The notes under the pieces: generated by a model
The model's database searches: none
The model's input: only the letters and a program-made list of their open reading frames with translations
Told to the model about the DNA's origin: nothing
Assembly: GCA_014728035.1 (NCBI GenBank)
Contig: WJMJ01000022.1
Location: 1-64,000, forward strand
Source: Promethearchaeota archaeon
GTDB taxonomy: Archaea; Asgardarchaeota; Thorarchaeia; Thorarchaeales; Thorarchaeaceae
Direction: 5' to 3'
DNA length: 64,000 bases
Part shown: piece by piece, positions 47,143 to 56,871 of the stretch
Layout of the letters: each line of letters starts with the position of its first letter
Position numbering within the stretch: position 1 is the stretch's first letter
Made by a program: the position numbers and the translations under genes

Positions 47143-47553
47143 CTAGGGGTTGTCCCCAAACTCTGAAGTCAGCCTTCTAAGTAAGGGAGAAGGAACGTAT
47201 TTCATCACCAGCTTGGTTCCTTTCTTAGTTAGACTTCCTTCTACATATGTGTCATCTGATGAAATTACATGTACTAGGTCTCGTTTCTTCAGCTCTTTCA
47301 AGCTTTTGAGAACTAGTTGTGTTAATTCATCATCAGTTAGACGTATTTCCCCCATTGGGTTTTGAATCGTCTTAGATCTGCGAAGTATGTATTTCAGGGA
47401 ATTGAGCTGACGTCTATTGTTATCATATGGACTTGAGAACATCCAAAGTAGAATAATCAGGTCTTGTATCTCCAGTCCTATCTTTGGGTATCTCAAAAGA
47501 GTCCTTTTCGCAACAAGTTCAACCATTGGCATTTTGATACAATTCCTTTTCAT
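47143..47553 (-). CDS. Hypothetical protein with probable winged-helix C-terminus
   Basis: 'LKELKKRDLV...LTKKG' resembles a MarR/PadR-type wing. Confidence 0.6.
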   Translation of the reverse strand: MKRNCIKMPMVELVAKRTLLRYPKIGLEIQDLIILLWMFSSPYDNNRRQLNSLKYILRRSKTIQNPMGEIRLTDDELTQLVLKSLKELKKRDLVHVISSDDTYVEGSLTKKGTKLVMKYVPSPLLRRLTSEFGDNP

Positions 47554-47580
47554 ATTTTGATTATTATCCTACATTTGTGC

Positions 47581-48288
47581 CTATATTAGTTGGACAATTC
47601 CAGGCTTTGGTTCAAATATCTCACCTGTCCGCATCAGCTTATCAAGAGACTCTTCCACGGAACTTTCCGAAATTTTTGCTTGTTGAAAATGATAAATCAA
47701 CTCAACAACTTCGAGAGGTCCTCCTTTCTGATGAAGTAATTCGATAATGTCCTTTGAAACATCTGTTTTACGACTTTCGTCTCTATCCTCTTCATTTTCT
47801 ACTTTTACTAATTTTATCTTCCACGGTCTTGGGAATATTAGAACTCCTGCATTTGCTAACTTGTTTAGTTGACTCTCAACCCATTTCCAATCTAGTTGAT
47901 ATTCCGGACAGACTTCTTCAATATGATCTAATGAGCATCCTTCTTTTCCCGCTTCATTTTCTAACAATGTCATTAATCGTGCATTTTTTCCAGTAGGTAG
48001 ACTCTGCTCTTCATCAGCGATGTCAGACACTTCGATTCTTTCTTCAGGAACTAACTTCAAAACTTTCTTTCTTGACCTCTCTACTGCTTTATGAAATTCT
48101 TCGTCACCTTGTGCGTTATATTCTCTTACCGCTGCTGATGCTTGTTGATGTGTGTCGTACAAAGCCTTTCTGGCTTTTTTAATGGATATGAAATGGCCAC
48201 AATAAGAACATCTTCTTCGCTTCTGGCCAACAGGTGCTAGAGTGAACCGATGGCATTTGGAACACATGAATACATAGAATCGTTTCAA
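47581..48288 (-). CDS. Zn-ribbon (DUF1922-like) plus two winged-helix domains
   Basis: CSKC...CSYCG; 'LNKLANAGVLIFPRP' and 'LDKLMRTGEIFEPKPG' wHTH ends. Confidence 0.7.
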   Translation of the reverse strand: MKRFYVFMCSKCHRFTLAPVGQKRRRCSYCGHFISIKKARKALYDTHQQASAAVREYNAQGDEEFHKAVERSRKKVLKLVPEERIEVSDIADEEQSLPTGKNARLMTLLENEAGKEGCSLDHIEEVCPEYQLDWKWVESQLNKLANAGVLIFPRPWKIKLVKVENEEDRDESRKTDVSKDIIELLHQKGGPLEVVELIYHFQQAKISESSVEESLDKLMRTGEIFEPKPGIVQLI

Positions 48289-48408
48289 GATGATTTACTC
48301 CGGTTTTAATTCTCTATCTTTCTGTACGTATATAATGCTCACTCTCGAAATCCATATGTTAACAGTTATATCTCTACTACTGATTCGCAATTCTTGGAGA
48401 AGTAAACC

Positions 48409-48630
48409 ATGGCAAAAAAAGCTAAAGCTATTCTGATTGATGATAAGCTCTGTAAGGGCTGTCATATCTGTATTGCTGTTTGTCCTCATGGTGTTCTTGA
48501 GAAATCTAAAGAAGTGGATAACCGTGGGTTTTTTCTTCCTGATGTGGTAGATCTCGAAACCTGTAAAGTCTGCAAATTATGTGAGATGGAATGTCCTGAC
48601 TTTGCAATTACTGTTGTTGTAGATGAATAA
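48409..48630 (+). CDS. 2x[4Fe-4S] ferredoxin (KorD/delta-subunit-like)
   Basis: CKGCHICIAVCP and CKVCKLCEMECP. Confidence 0.92.
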   Translation: MAKKAKAILIDDKLCKGCHICIAVCPHGVLEKSKEVDNRGFFLPDVVDLETCKVCKLCEMECPDFAITVVVDE

Positions 48631-48719
48631 ATAGACCAAAATCGTATTTTACATAGTATAATTCATAATACATACTGTAATTAATTGGAAGTGAGTACTA
48701 TTTATGACTCGAAAGTGGA

Positions 48720-49289
48720 GTGTCTACATTGGAGAATCCCAATATCAAAATCCTTTTAGAACTGAGAAGCGACTTGGAAGAACAGATAGAGAAACATCGT
48801 AAGGAGATTGAAACCCTACAGTCGTACATACGAGCTTTAGACTCGATGATAGACGTAGGTAGTTTCTCTACTGCTGATGCGGTCATGGCCGAAGCTCAGG
48901 ATACAATCGAGGATGAAACACCTGATGAAGAACCTGAACTGAAGACTATTGTTGTTATGAATAAGGCTCGCGATTTAGAACTAGCAACAATTGAAATCCT
49001 TGATCAAGAGCTAAGGATTATTCCTTCAGAAACTGCACTATATGATATCAAGTTAGGTGCTTTTGCAAAATTTTTCTTGGATAAGATTCTTGGGCAATTT
49101 CAAAGAGAGGACCGACAAAGAGTTGAACAAGATGAACTTGATTGGGAGGATGCTTTCGAATTCAATGTTATTGCGGAAGATGGCATTTTAGATGAAATTC
49201 TCATTCACAATTATGGTTCTGAAGCTCGATTAAATGAGATTGAACGTACATTGAGATGGTCTTTGGAAAAAATCTATCGTGAACGATAA
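48720..49289 (+). CDS. Hypothetical protein, N-terminal coiled coil
   Basis: Acidic ORF with GGAG RBS; no assignable function. Confidence 0.7.
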   Translation: MSTLENPNIKILLELRSDLEEQIEKHRKEIETLQSYIRALDSMIDVGSFSTADAVMAEAQDTIEDETPDEEPELKTIVVMNKARDLELATIEILDQELRIIPSETALYDIKLGAFAKFFLDKILGQFQREDRQRVEQDELDWEDAFEFNVIAEDGILDEILIHNYGSEARLNEIERTLRWSLEKIYRER

Positions 49290-49370
49290 GATTAGAAAAG
49301 GGCGCGCAATGGAAATAGAGGCAAGTTATTTATATCCTGAAAAAAATGTGCTTATATATACGCTGAAGTC

Positions 49371-50006
49371 TTGAGGCAGAGGAGCGTAGCAGAAGTGGCT
49401 CATATAGAAAAAGTAAGTATGGTTGTCAGTCCACATGTAGTGGTTAACACTGTACGTGATGCGCATGAATACTACCAAGGTCACAGAATAGATGAACGGT
49501 ACGAGGCTATGGCTTTAGACCTGATTCGTCGATACGTTTCTCAAGAGGGACTTCCTCGTGACGAAGAACCATTCTTTGGCGCAACTTTGTATATGGTCAC
49601 ACGACATCCCTGGAGCCATCCAAACCCTCTTACCAAGACTGAATTTGCAGCAAAATTGAGAATGAAAGAATCCAGTCTTGATTGGTACACTGCTAGTATT
49701 GTAGAAAAACTAGGGTTCGTTGTAATGCATGATAAGAGCCATTTACCCTTCTTTCTAGATCCTGATGGCACAATTATGAGTGTTGTCAACTCAGTTGTCA
49801 AATCAAGTGTTGGAGAGGAGGTCGTTCACAGTATCGTGCGTGGAAGCGTTGTTGCTCCAAATGCGCTTGCTGATAGAATAGTCGATAGATTATGCAGCGT
49901 AGTAAAAATAATTCCTCCTGCTTTTCAGCAAGAGCTTTATTCTGTAGTAGAAAGAAAAATTGAGGAAGTTAGTAGTCAGCTTCTAAATGAGTTGAATCGT
50001 GAATAA
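49371..50006 (+). CDS. Hypothetical protein with a single TFB/cyclin-fold-like repeat
   Basis: 'GATLYMVTRH...PLTKTEFAAKLRMKESSL' resembles TFB repeat 'AATLYAACRI...PRPLDEVADASRIDRKKL'. Confidence 0.6.
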   Translation: MRQRSVAEVAHIEKVSMVVSPHVVVNTVRDAHEYYQGHRIDERYEAMALDLIRRYVSQEGLPRDEEPFFGATLYMVTRHPWSHPNPLTKTEFAAKLRMKESSLDWYTASIVEKLGFVVMHDKSHLPFFLDPDGTIMSVVNSVVKSSVGEEVVHSIVRGSVVAPNALADRIVDRLCSVVKIIPPAFQQELYSVVERKIEEVSSQLLNELNRE

Positions 50007-50011
50007 TTCAG

Positions 50012-50308
50012 CTAACTATTCTCTGGTTGCAGAGCAACTTCCTCTACAAATCTCTTTCCAGCAACAACTTGGTCGATTGAATGAATCACAGCTCCAGCTT
50101 CCTCAAGAATCTCTTTTATTGATTCGTACTGAAGATCATCACCTTCTAATGTTATGGCAATGCTTTCTGTGTTCTGGTCTACTTCTTTGAGGGATATATT
50201 GAGACCATTCACTCTATCATCTCTAGCAAGCATCAACGCAAGGTCAGTCAACCTTGGTGTGTGCGGTTTCAAAACATCTAAGACTATTCTTCTGATGCCA
50301 TGGGGCAA
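50012..50308 (-). CDS. DUF211 family protein
   Basis: IRRIVLDVLKPH...GAVIHSIDQV. Confidence 0.9.
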   Translation of the reverse strand: MPHGIRRIVLDVLKPHTPRLTDLALMLARDDRVNGLNISLKEVDQNTESIAITLEGDDLQYESIKEILEEAGAVIHSIDQVVAGKRFVEEVALQPENS

Positions 50309-50523
50309 TATAATCGCTTACTCCACAAATAACCTCAAGGGTCATTTTTGTCTTTGAATTCAATTAACAATATCTTGTTAAAGCTTACGTAGGTGGTAAT
50401 TTTTCACTCCAGATTAGGTTGTATTGACAATGATTTGTTAAAACTGGTGCAATTGTTTTCCTCAATGCTTATAATCGATTTCAGCTTCCAAAAGCTGTAG
50501 CTCTGTCTAAGAGCAACGCCGGG

Positions 50524-50856
50524 ATGCAAAGGACTGATTTGACCTTGAAACAGGATCGTCTTACAGATTATTCAGCTGAGAAAATACAAGAAATGACAAC
50601 CGCAGAATACACTCCTATTTCTGTTCCATCTTCTCGTTTTCTTGATATTGATAAAGATTACAAATCACATCCATTATGGCCCATTTTAGTGGAGAGTGTA
50701 AGAAGAAGCCCATTATATGCAGGCCTTGTGGGATATTTCCGGTCTAAGATTAAACCTTCTTCTCCCGATATTAATCCTCGAGAATTGGCCAGCATGCTTT
50801 CCATAACTATTGGTGAAGCTCTTGTAATTCTCCATGAGTGTAATGGTCAGGAATAG
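50524..50856 (+). CDS. Hypothetical protein, possible C-terminal HTH
   Basis: 'INPRELASMLSITIGEALVIL'. Confidence 0.55.
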   Translation: MQRTDLTLKQDRLTDYSAEKIQEMTTAEYTPISVPSSRFLDIDKDYKSHPLWPILVESVRRSPLYAGLVGYFRSKIKPSSPDINPRELASMLSITIGEALVILHECNGQE

Positions 50857-50915
50857 AAAGCCACTTCCATTAGCTTTAATGGAATTGAGATACTTTACCT
50901 TCTTAGGTCTGCAGA

Positions 50916-51995
50916 ATGTTTAGTGAAGAGTTCAGAAGTGGAAAATATGCTGATGCAGTTGTGAAAAAGATTACTCAACTCAGTAATGGTGAAGAGATTC
51001 GGATAGTACATGTCTGCGGTACTCACGAACACACGATCAGTCATCATGGTATTCGATCAATCCTACCTTCTGAAATAGAGCTGATTGCAGGCCCTGGATG
51101 TCCAGTTTGTGTTTGTGCAGCGAGCGATATTGATATGGCCATTGAGCTAGCAAAACAAGGTCATATAATCACTACATTTGGTGATATGATTCGAGTTCCA
51201 TCCACGGAGTCTTCTCTTGCTAAAGAGCGAACTAAAGGCGCAGATGTACGTGTTGTATATGGGCCTAATGATGCTGTAGAGATTGCAAAAAAGAATCCCG
51301 ATAAAGAAGTAGTTTTTATTGGGGTTGGATTCGAAACTACTGCTCCTACTATGGCAATTGAGATTGCTAACAACCCTCCTGACAACTTTTCCATACTGAC
51401 ATCTTTGAAGATTATTCCTCCTGCTATGGAGATTCTTGTAGAAATTGATGACCTTGATGTAGATGGATTCCTGACGCCAGGCCATGTTTCTGCTATCATT
51501 GGAACTGAAGCTTATACTCCTTTGGCTAAGAAGTATAAGATCCCGTGTGTTGCTGCTGGGTTTGAACCATTGGACGTTCTAGAGGGAATTCGTATGCTAT
51601 TAGTTCAGATGCGGGAAGGAAGAGCTGATTCAGAGAATGAGTACACTCGTGTAGTACGTCCCAATGGTAATCCTGTTGCGAAAAAAATTCTTTCAGATGT
51701 ATTCAAAATTGCAGATGCTCCTTGGCGTGGACTCGGAATACTCCCTGACTCTGGACTGTTTCTACGCGAAGAATATGCAAACTATGATGCCAGACTGCGA
51801 TTTGATTTTCCCGAATTCGAGTCCATTGATATCCTTCCAGGCTGTAGATGCCACGAGGTGATTCTTGGGATGACAAACCCATCTGAGTGTGACCTGTATG
51901 GAAAAAGATGTGTGCCTGAGAATCCATATGGTCCGTGTATGGTAGGACATGAAGGTACATGTCGAATAAGATATGAGAGCCAAGGTCTCGAATAA
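50916..51995 (+). CDS. hypD: [NiFe]-hydrogenase maturation protein HypD
   Basis: VCGTH, GPGCPVC, GFETT, PGHV, GPCMVGHEGTC. Confidence 0.97.
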   Translation: MFSEEFRSGKYADAVVKKITQLSNGEEIRIVHVCGTHEHTISHHGIRSILPSEIELIAGPGCPVCVCAASDIDMAIELAKQGHIITTFGDMIRVPSTESSLAKERTKGADVRVVYGPNDAVEIAKKNPDKEVVFIGVGFETTAPTMAIEIANNPPDNFSILTSLKIIPPAMEILVEIDDLDVDGFLTPGHVSAIIGTEAYTPLAKKYKIPCVAAGFEPLDVLEGIRMLLVQMREGRADSENEYTRVVRPNGNPVAKKILSDVFKIADAPWRGLGILPDSGLFLREEYANYDARLRFDFPEFESIDILPGCRCHEVILGMTNPSECDLYGKRCVPENPYGPCMVGHEGTCRIRYESQGLE

Positions 51996-52010
51996 GAAAG
52001 GTTTTACAGA

Positions 52011-52637
52011 CTACTTCCTCTGTTGCATCTTTTTTTCGATTTTCTTGAGGTCTCTTTCAGTGTTAATGTTAACAAAACTATCTAGATTCGGGTCGAATTG
52101 CTTCAGCACCTCTGTAGAAATATAAATCACATTACGAATTCTATCAAGAAGATCGCTCATCTTCAGTTTGCCTTGCTCTTCAAGCTCTAGACCAATACTA
52201 TAGGCATGTTCAGCTTGATATACTGCATGTAGGGGTTCAATGTGTCCTGAAGGCCAAGATGGCACGATTGCACCATGATTTCCAATCATTTCGTAGAGTA
52301 CCTTCAGCATGCTTGGAACTACTAGTGGAGTATCAACTGGAAGTAGCATGACATATCTGGTTTCTGCATATTCGAAAGCAGTAATCGCGCCTGATAATGC
52401 ACTTTTTTCCTTACCTTCTGGATCCATGATTATTCGTACTGATTTGGTCAATTCAGCAATAGCATTTTGCTGCGATTCCTCAGACACGATAATTATGATA
52501 TTGTCACAAACCATTCTTGCAATTTCTAGCATGTGTAGAATCAATGGTTTACCCTGTAGATGGGCCAGTGCCTTTTCAGTTCTAAATCTTGAAGAGTTTC
52601 CTCCAGCTAAAATTGCAACTGTTAGATCTTCATTCAT
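52011..52637 (-). CDS. mobA: Molybdenum cofactor guanylyltransferase
   Basis: ILAGG.SSRF..EKAL, EPLHAVY, NINT..DL. Confidence 0.9.
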   Translation of the reverse strand: MNEDLTVAILAGGNSSRFRTEKALAHLQGKPLILHMLEIARMVCDNIIIIVSEESQQNAIAELTKSVRIIMDPEGKEKSALSGAITAFEYAETRYVMLLPVDTPLVVPSMLKVLYEMIGNHGAIVPSWPSGHIEPLHAVYQAEHAYSIGLELEEQGKLKMSDLLDRIRNVIYISTEVLKQFDPNLDSFVNINTERDLKKIEKKMQQRK

Positions 52638-52691
52638 GAGTCATCACATACTTTACGCTTTGGCTGAAGTGACTGGGAAAAATGTATTGAA

Positions 52692-52713
52692 TAGACCAGG
52701 CAAATCTGGTCTA
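52692..52713. terminator. 8-bp hairpin just downstream of hdrA
   Basis: TAGACCAG-N6-CTGGTCTA. Confidence 0.45.
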
Positions 52714-52719
52714 CTCGAA

Positions 52720-54693
52720 TCACTGTTCTTGTGCTGACAGGTATTCAGTTATCATTGCAGCAATCTGCCCATCTGTATAGTGTTGTGAACGAATTGCACC
52801 ACTGGCACAGGTGGATGTACAAGTTCCGCAACCCTTGCATTGTGCTGGATTTACTTGTGCTTTTCCTCGTTCATTTATTGTGACTGCATTGTATGGGCAT
52901 ACCGATACACAGACCTGACACCCTGCGCATTTTTCTTCATCAACGACCGAATAGTAGGGTTCTACAGTAATTTTACCCTTACCCATGAGCGCCATTGCTC
53001 CTGCAGCGGCTGCCTTAGCCTGTGCTACTGTGTCAGGGATATCTTTGGGCCCTTGTGCCATTCCTGCGACAAAAACCCCATCATTAAAGCTATCCACAGG
53101 TCGTAGTTTTGGATGAGCTTCCATGAGGAATCCATCTGGTGAAATGCTGAGATTGAGGATTTTTCCAATCTTTTTGGCGTTGACCGAGGGGACAACTCCG
53201 GTTGACAGAACCACAAGGTCCACTTTTTCTAGTTCAATTGGCTTTGATAGTAGTGTGTCTTCTCCTCGAACAATTAGTTTCTTGGTCTTTTCATCTTCCA
53301 ATATTTGACCAACACGGCCTCGGATGAAAGTAACCCCCGCAGCTGCTGTTGACTCGTAGAACTCTTCGTATCCCTTTCCAAAAGTTCGAAGGTCGATATA
53401 GAATAACCAAATCTCCGCACCGGTCTTATCTCGAATCATCCTTGCTTGTTTTATTGCGGTCATACAACAAACACGAGAACAATATCTGTTGGTTCGTTCG
53501 TCTCTACTACCAACACATTGGATATATACGATCTTCTTTGGTTCTTGTAGGTCGGAAGGTCTGACTACATGCCCCTGTGTTGGTCCTGCAGCATTGAGCA
53601 TTCGTTCAATCTCACCGATATTGACAACATTGAGGAACTCTCCATAGCCATATTCTTCTTTAAGACAGGCATCAAAGAGGTCAAATCCAGTAGCTACGAT
53701 AATTGTTCCGACTTCAAGCTCAATAGTTTTCTCTCTATCATCATAATTGATTGCTTGGGCCTCACACGCATCCTTGCATTTACCACAACGTACAGCATCA
53801 ACACCAAGACAGTTATCCATATCTAGTAAATATGCTGAAGGTACTGCTTGTGCAAATGGAATATATATCGCTTTTCTATAGCCTAGATTCGCATCAAATT
53901 CTGCTGGAATATCGACCGGGCATATATCTGAACAATCTCCACAAGAAGTACATGTTTCAACATCTACATACCTTGGTTTTTGTTTTAAAGTAACTGTGAA
54001 ATTCCCCACATATCCATCTACATTCTCAACTTCCGCCATAGTTAGCAGCTCGATGTTAGGATGACTTCCAACTTCAGCCATCCTTGGTGTTAGAATACAA
54101 CTAGAACAGTCCAGTGTTGGAAATGTCTTGTCCCACTGGCTCATTTTTCCGCCAATGCTTGGTTCTTTTTCCACCATGTAAACTTTGAATCCTGCATTTG
54201 CAAGGTCTAAAGCTGCTGAAATACCCGCAATTCCTGCACCAACGATAAGAGTGCTTTTCTTTATGTCAACAACTGGTTCGTCAAGAGCCTCTAGAAGCCG
54301 AGCTCGTGCGATAGCCATCTTAACTAGATCGATTGCTTTCTCTGTGGCAGCTTCAGGCTCATTAGAATGAATCCATGAATCATGCTCACGAAGGTTGGCT
54401 ATTTCGAGTAGGAATGGATTGAGTCCTGCTTCGCGCATAGTTTGCCGGAATGTTATTTCGTGCATTCGGGGAGAACATGCTCCAATCACAATTCTATCAA
54501 GTCTGTGTTCGTTAATACGGTCTTTGACGATTTGTTGACCAGGTTTCGAACAGACATATTTGTAATCTTCAACATGAGCTACGCCAGGTATATCCTTGAT
54601 CGCATCGATAACGGTTTCAATATCGACTACACCAGCTATGTTACTTCCGCAATGGCAGAGGAATACTCCAATCCGTTTTTCTACAACAGACAT
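52720..54693 (-). CDS. hdrA: Heterodisulfide reductase subunit A (cysteine form)
   Basis: RIGVFLCHCG.NI, ACSP..HE..F, KTFPTLDCSSCI, QCVGSR, CSRVCC, EAHPKLRP, ferredoxin domains. Confidence 0.97.
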   Translation of the reverse strand: MSVVEKRIGVFLCHCGSNIAGVVDIETVIDAIKDIPGVAHVEDYKYVCSKPGQQIVKDRINEHRLDRIVIGACSPRMHEITFRQTMREAGLNPFLLEIANLREHDSWIHSNEPEAATEKAIDLVKMAIARARLLEALDEPVVDIKKSTLIVGAGIAGISAALDLANAGFKVYMVEKEPSIGGKMSQWDKTFPTLDCSSCILTPRMAEVGSHPNIELLTMAEVENVDGYVGNFTVTLKQKPRYVDVETCTSCGDCSDICPVDIPAEFDANLGYRKAIYIPFAQAVPSAYLLDMDNCLGVDAVRCGKCKDACEAQAINYDDREKTIELEVGTIIVATGFDLFDACLKEEYGYGEFLNVVNIGEIERMLNAAGPTQGHVVRPSDLQEPKKIVYIQCVGSRDERTNRYCSRVCCMTAIKQARMIRDKTGAEIWLFYIDLRTFGKGYEEFYESTAAAGVTFIRGRVGQILEDEKTKKLIVRGEDTLLSKPIELEKVDLVVLSTGVVPSVNAKKIGKILNLSISPDGFLMEAHPKLRPVDSFNDGVFVAGMAQGPKDIPDTVAQAKAAAAGAMALMGKGKITVEPYYSVVDEEKCAGCQVCVSVCPYNAVTINERGKAQVNPAQCKGCGTCTSTCASGAIRSQHYTDGQIAAMITEYLSAQEQ

Positions 54694-54886
54694 TTTTTTC
54701 ACTCCAGTCTATGAACATCGTGGGGAGACGTTCAATGTGGATTGCCTTGACATTTTTGTCTAAGACACTCGTGCCTCGATTGGATTAGGGTAATAAAGCA
54801 TTGTGCTTTGTGGTAAAGAATTGTTTAACAAATGTGAATTTAGCCTAGTTCAGAAGCTTTAGTTGTGTGTGAAATAATGCACATTT

Positions 54887-55504
54887 ATGTTCGAAATACA
54901 AGTTGTAGGCCCTACAATTACTATTCTTGCTTTGGTCAACGTATTTGTTCATCTCTATGAAGACCTCAAGATGCTTCGGCATAAAGATGCTGCAGTCTTT
55001 ACTGAACCTTCAGCTAGAGTTCCATCTGGTCCAATGGCTGCGACGATTATTTCGACTTTACTCGCCTTTGGCATCATTTTAGTTATTATGCTCGAGTATC
55101 TGCTAAACCTGAATAGCACACTTTTTGCACTGTTCATTCTCCTTGGAGACTCTCCGGTTTTTATCTGGCCTGTTGGATTTGGGTTGGTGATTCTTGGTAT
55201 CATACTTCATGTATGGTCTCGCTATGTTCGACAAGATATGGCTGCATCCTGGGCGATGAGCAGAAAACATATTCTAGTCACACGTGGTCCCTATTCTCGA
55301 ATTCGCCATCCATCCTATTCTGCGTATATGATGTGTTTTATTGGACTGTTTCTCCTAATCCCATCAGTACTTACTCTAATCTTGTTACTTGGACTGTATG
55401 GTTATCGGGAGATAGCAATAATCGAGGAATCTATGCTTCTTGACCACTTTGGAGAGCAATATGGCTATTATATGACTCGAACTGGTCGTTTTCTTCCATT
55501 CTGA
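54887..55504 (+). CDS. Isoprenylcysteine carboxyl methyltransferase (ICMT/PEMT) family membrane protein
   Basis: LVTRGPYSRIRHPSY, EE..L...FGEQY..Y...TGRFLP. Confidence 0.88.
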   Translation: MFEIQVVGPTITILALVNVFVHLYEDLKMLRHKDAAVFTEPSARVPSGPMAATIISTLLAFGIILVIMLEYLLNLNSTLFALFILLGDSPVFIWPVGFGLVILGIILHVWSRYVRQDMAASWAMSRKHILVTRGPYSRIRHPSYSAYMMCFIGLFLLIPSVLTLILLLGLYGYREIAIIEESMLLDHFGEQYGYYMTRTGRFLPF

Positions 55505-55598
55505 TTGGATAAACTTACAGATTCCGATGATTAACAGTAACACCAAAACCGTAAAAAGCAGTGCATAATCTTCGACCATTACTCTTGGAGGCAAACTT

Positions 55599-56372
55599 AT
55601 GCCCGGAAAGGTCTGGACCTATATCAAAGAGAAGCTTGAGAGAGAAGGTGCTTTGCACTTTTCACTGTTGGATCCTGATCCACTCAAGATAACCAAGGAT
55701 GACATTGTTGAATTGGCTCAACTTGCTGAAAAGGCTGGTACTGATGCAATCATGATTGGTGGAAGTACGGTCTTGGGCTATATCGATGAATATGTTCAGG
55801 CGATAACAGAAGCGGTTGATATTCCGACTATTCTATTTCCTGGAAATGTAAGTGGTGTTTCCGAATATGCTGATGCTATGTTCTTCATGAGCCTTTTGAA
55901 CAGCACCAATCCCTATTGGATTATTGGGGCACAAGCTTTGGGTGCTGCAAAGGTTAAACTAACTGGGATTGAAACCATTGCAATGGCCTACCTTCTTGTT
56001 GAACCCGGAAAAACAGCAGCATGGGTTGGCGATGCAAAGGTATTCCCCCGTGAAAAACCAAAGATTCCTGTTATGTATGCGCTTGCTGCAGAGTTCTTGG
56101 GATTCCGCCTAGTTTACTTAGAGGCAGGTAGCGGTGCCGAAGGTGGGGGTGTTCCCTCTGAGATGATATCTCTGGTTTCTCAGTTTTGTGACATTCCTGT
56201 CATTACTGGTGGTGGATTTAACTCCGCAGAAGACGTTGTAAGAGGTGTTGAAGCTGGAGCCTCTATTGTTGTTCAAGGAACATATATTGAAGAACAAGTG
56301 AAAGCTGATGAAGGTGCAGAATTGAAGAAAATCATCGATGCACTTAAGGAAGCTGGCGCCAAGAGAGTTTAA
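55599..56372 (+). CDS. Geranylgeranylglyceryl phosphate synthase (GGGPS)
   Basis: LLDPD, TDAIMIGGS, LFPG, MSLLNS, YLEAGSG. Confidence 0.95.
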   Translation: MPGKVWTYIKEKLEREGALHFSLLDPDPLKITKDDIVELAQLAEKAGTDAIMIGGSTVLGYIDEYVQAITEAVDIPTILFPGNVSGVSEYADAMFFMSLLNSTNPYWIIGAQALGAAKVKLTGIETIAMAYLLVEPGKTAAWVGDAKVFPREKPKIPVMYALAAEFLGFRLVYLEAGSGAEGGGVPSEMISLVSQFCDIPVITGGGFNSAEDVVRGVEAGASIVVQGTYIEEQVKADEGAELKKIIDALKEAGAKRV

Positions 56373-56421
56373 ATAGATGGATGAGTCTTTCTCCAGATGA
56401 GTTAAGGGAGGACAAGATGTT

Positions 56422-56811
56422 TTGTCAAGTAAGACCGAATTGCTGAATGAGCTCCTTGAGGACCTTAGTAAAGCCTCCCAAGGCAATGTACAAGCTAGCC
56501 TAATTATATCGAGGTCTCAAGGGCTTACGATATGTGCCCACTTCCCAGGGAATGGTGATGGTGAGCTACCTGGAGAAGATGTCATTGCTGGAAGATCTAC
56601 CCAAATTCATATGGCTACGAACAAGGTATTCAACCAATTAAAGCGGGGTAATTTATTCAGAATTCTTGTAGAAGGTGATTCTGGATATGTTATCATATGT
56701 GATGCGGGTGATGAAGCTTTGCTTGCCGTTTTGACCAATAAAAAAGTTAACCTTGGTTATTTGTTCTTCATGATGAGCCGTGTATCCCGGAGAATCGAGA
56801 ATATCGTGTGA
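56422..56811 (+). CDS. Roadblock/LC7 domain protein
   Basis: N-terminal helix, 'IISRSQGLTI', 'LKRGNL..ILVEGDSGYVII..AG..ALLAVL....NLG.L' roadblock pattern. Confidence 0.88.
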   Translation: MSSKTELLNELLEDLSKASQGNVQASLIISRSQGLTICAHFPGNGDGELPGEDVIAGRSTQIHMATNKVFNQLKRGNLFRILVEGDSGYVIICDAGDEALLAVLTNKKVNLGYLFFMMSRVSRRIENIV

Positions 56812-56871
56812 ACAAATACACTCCGTCACTCTTTTATTCGAACGTTTCAGTTCAAGTACTGTTAGTATCTG

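Noticed and set aside
52720-54790. Possible selenoprotein HdrA or SECIS in its structured upstream region
   Set aside because: The frame has no internal TGA (TLDCSSC is all Cys), and the small upstream hairpins lack a convincing SECIS core
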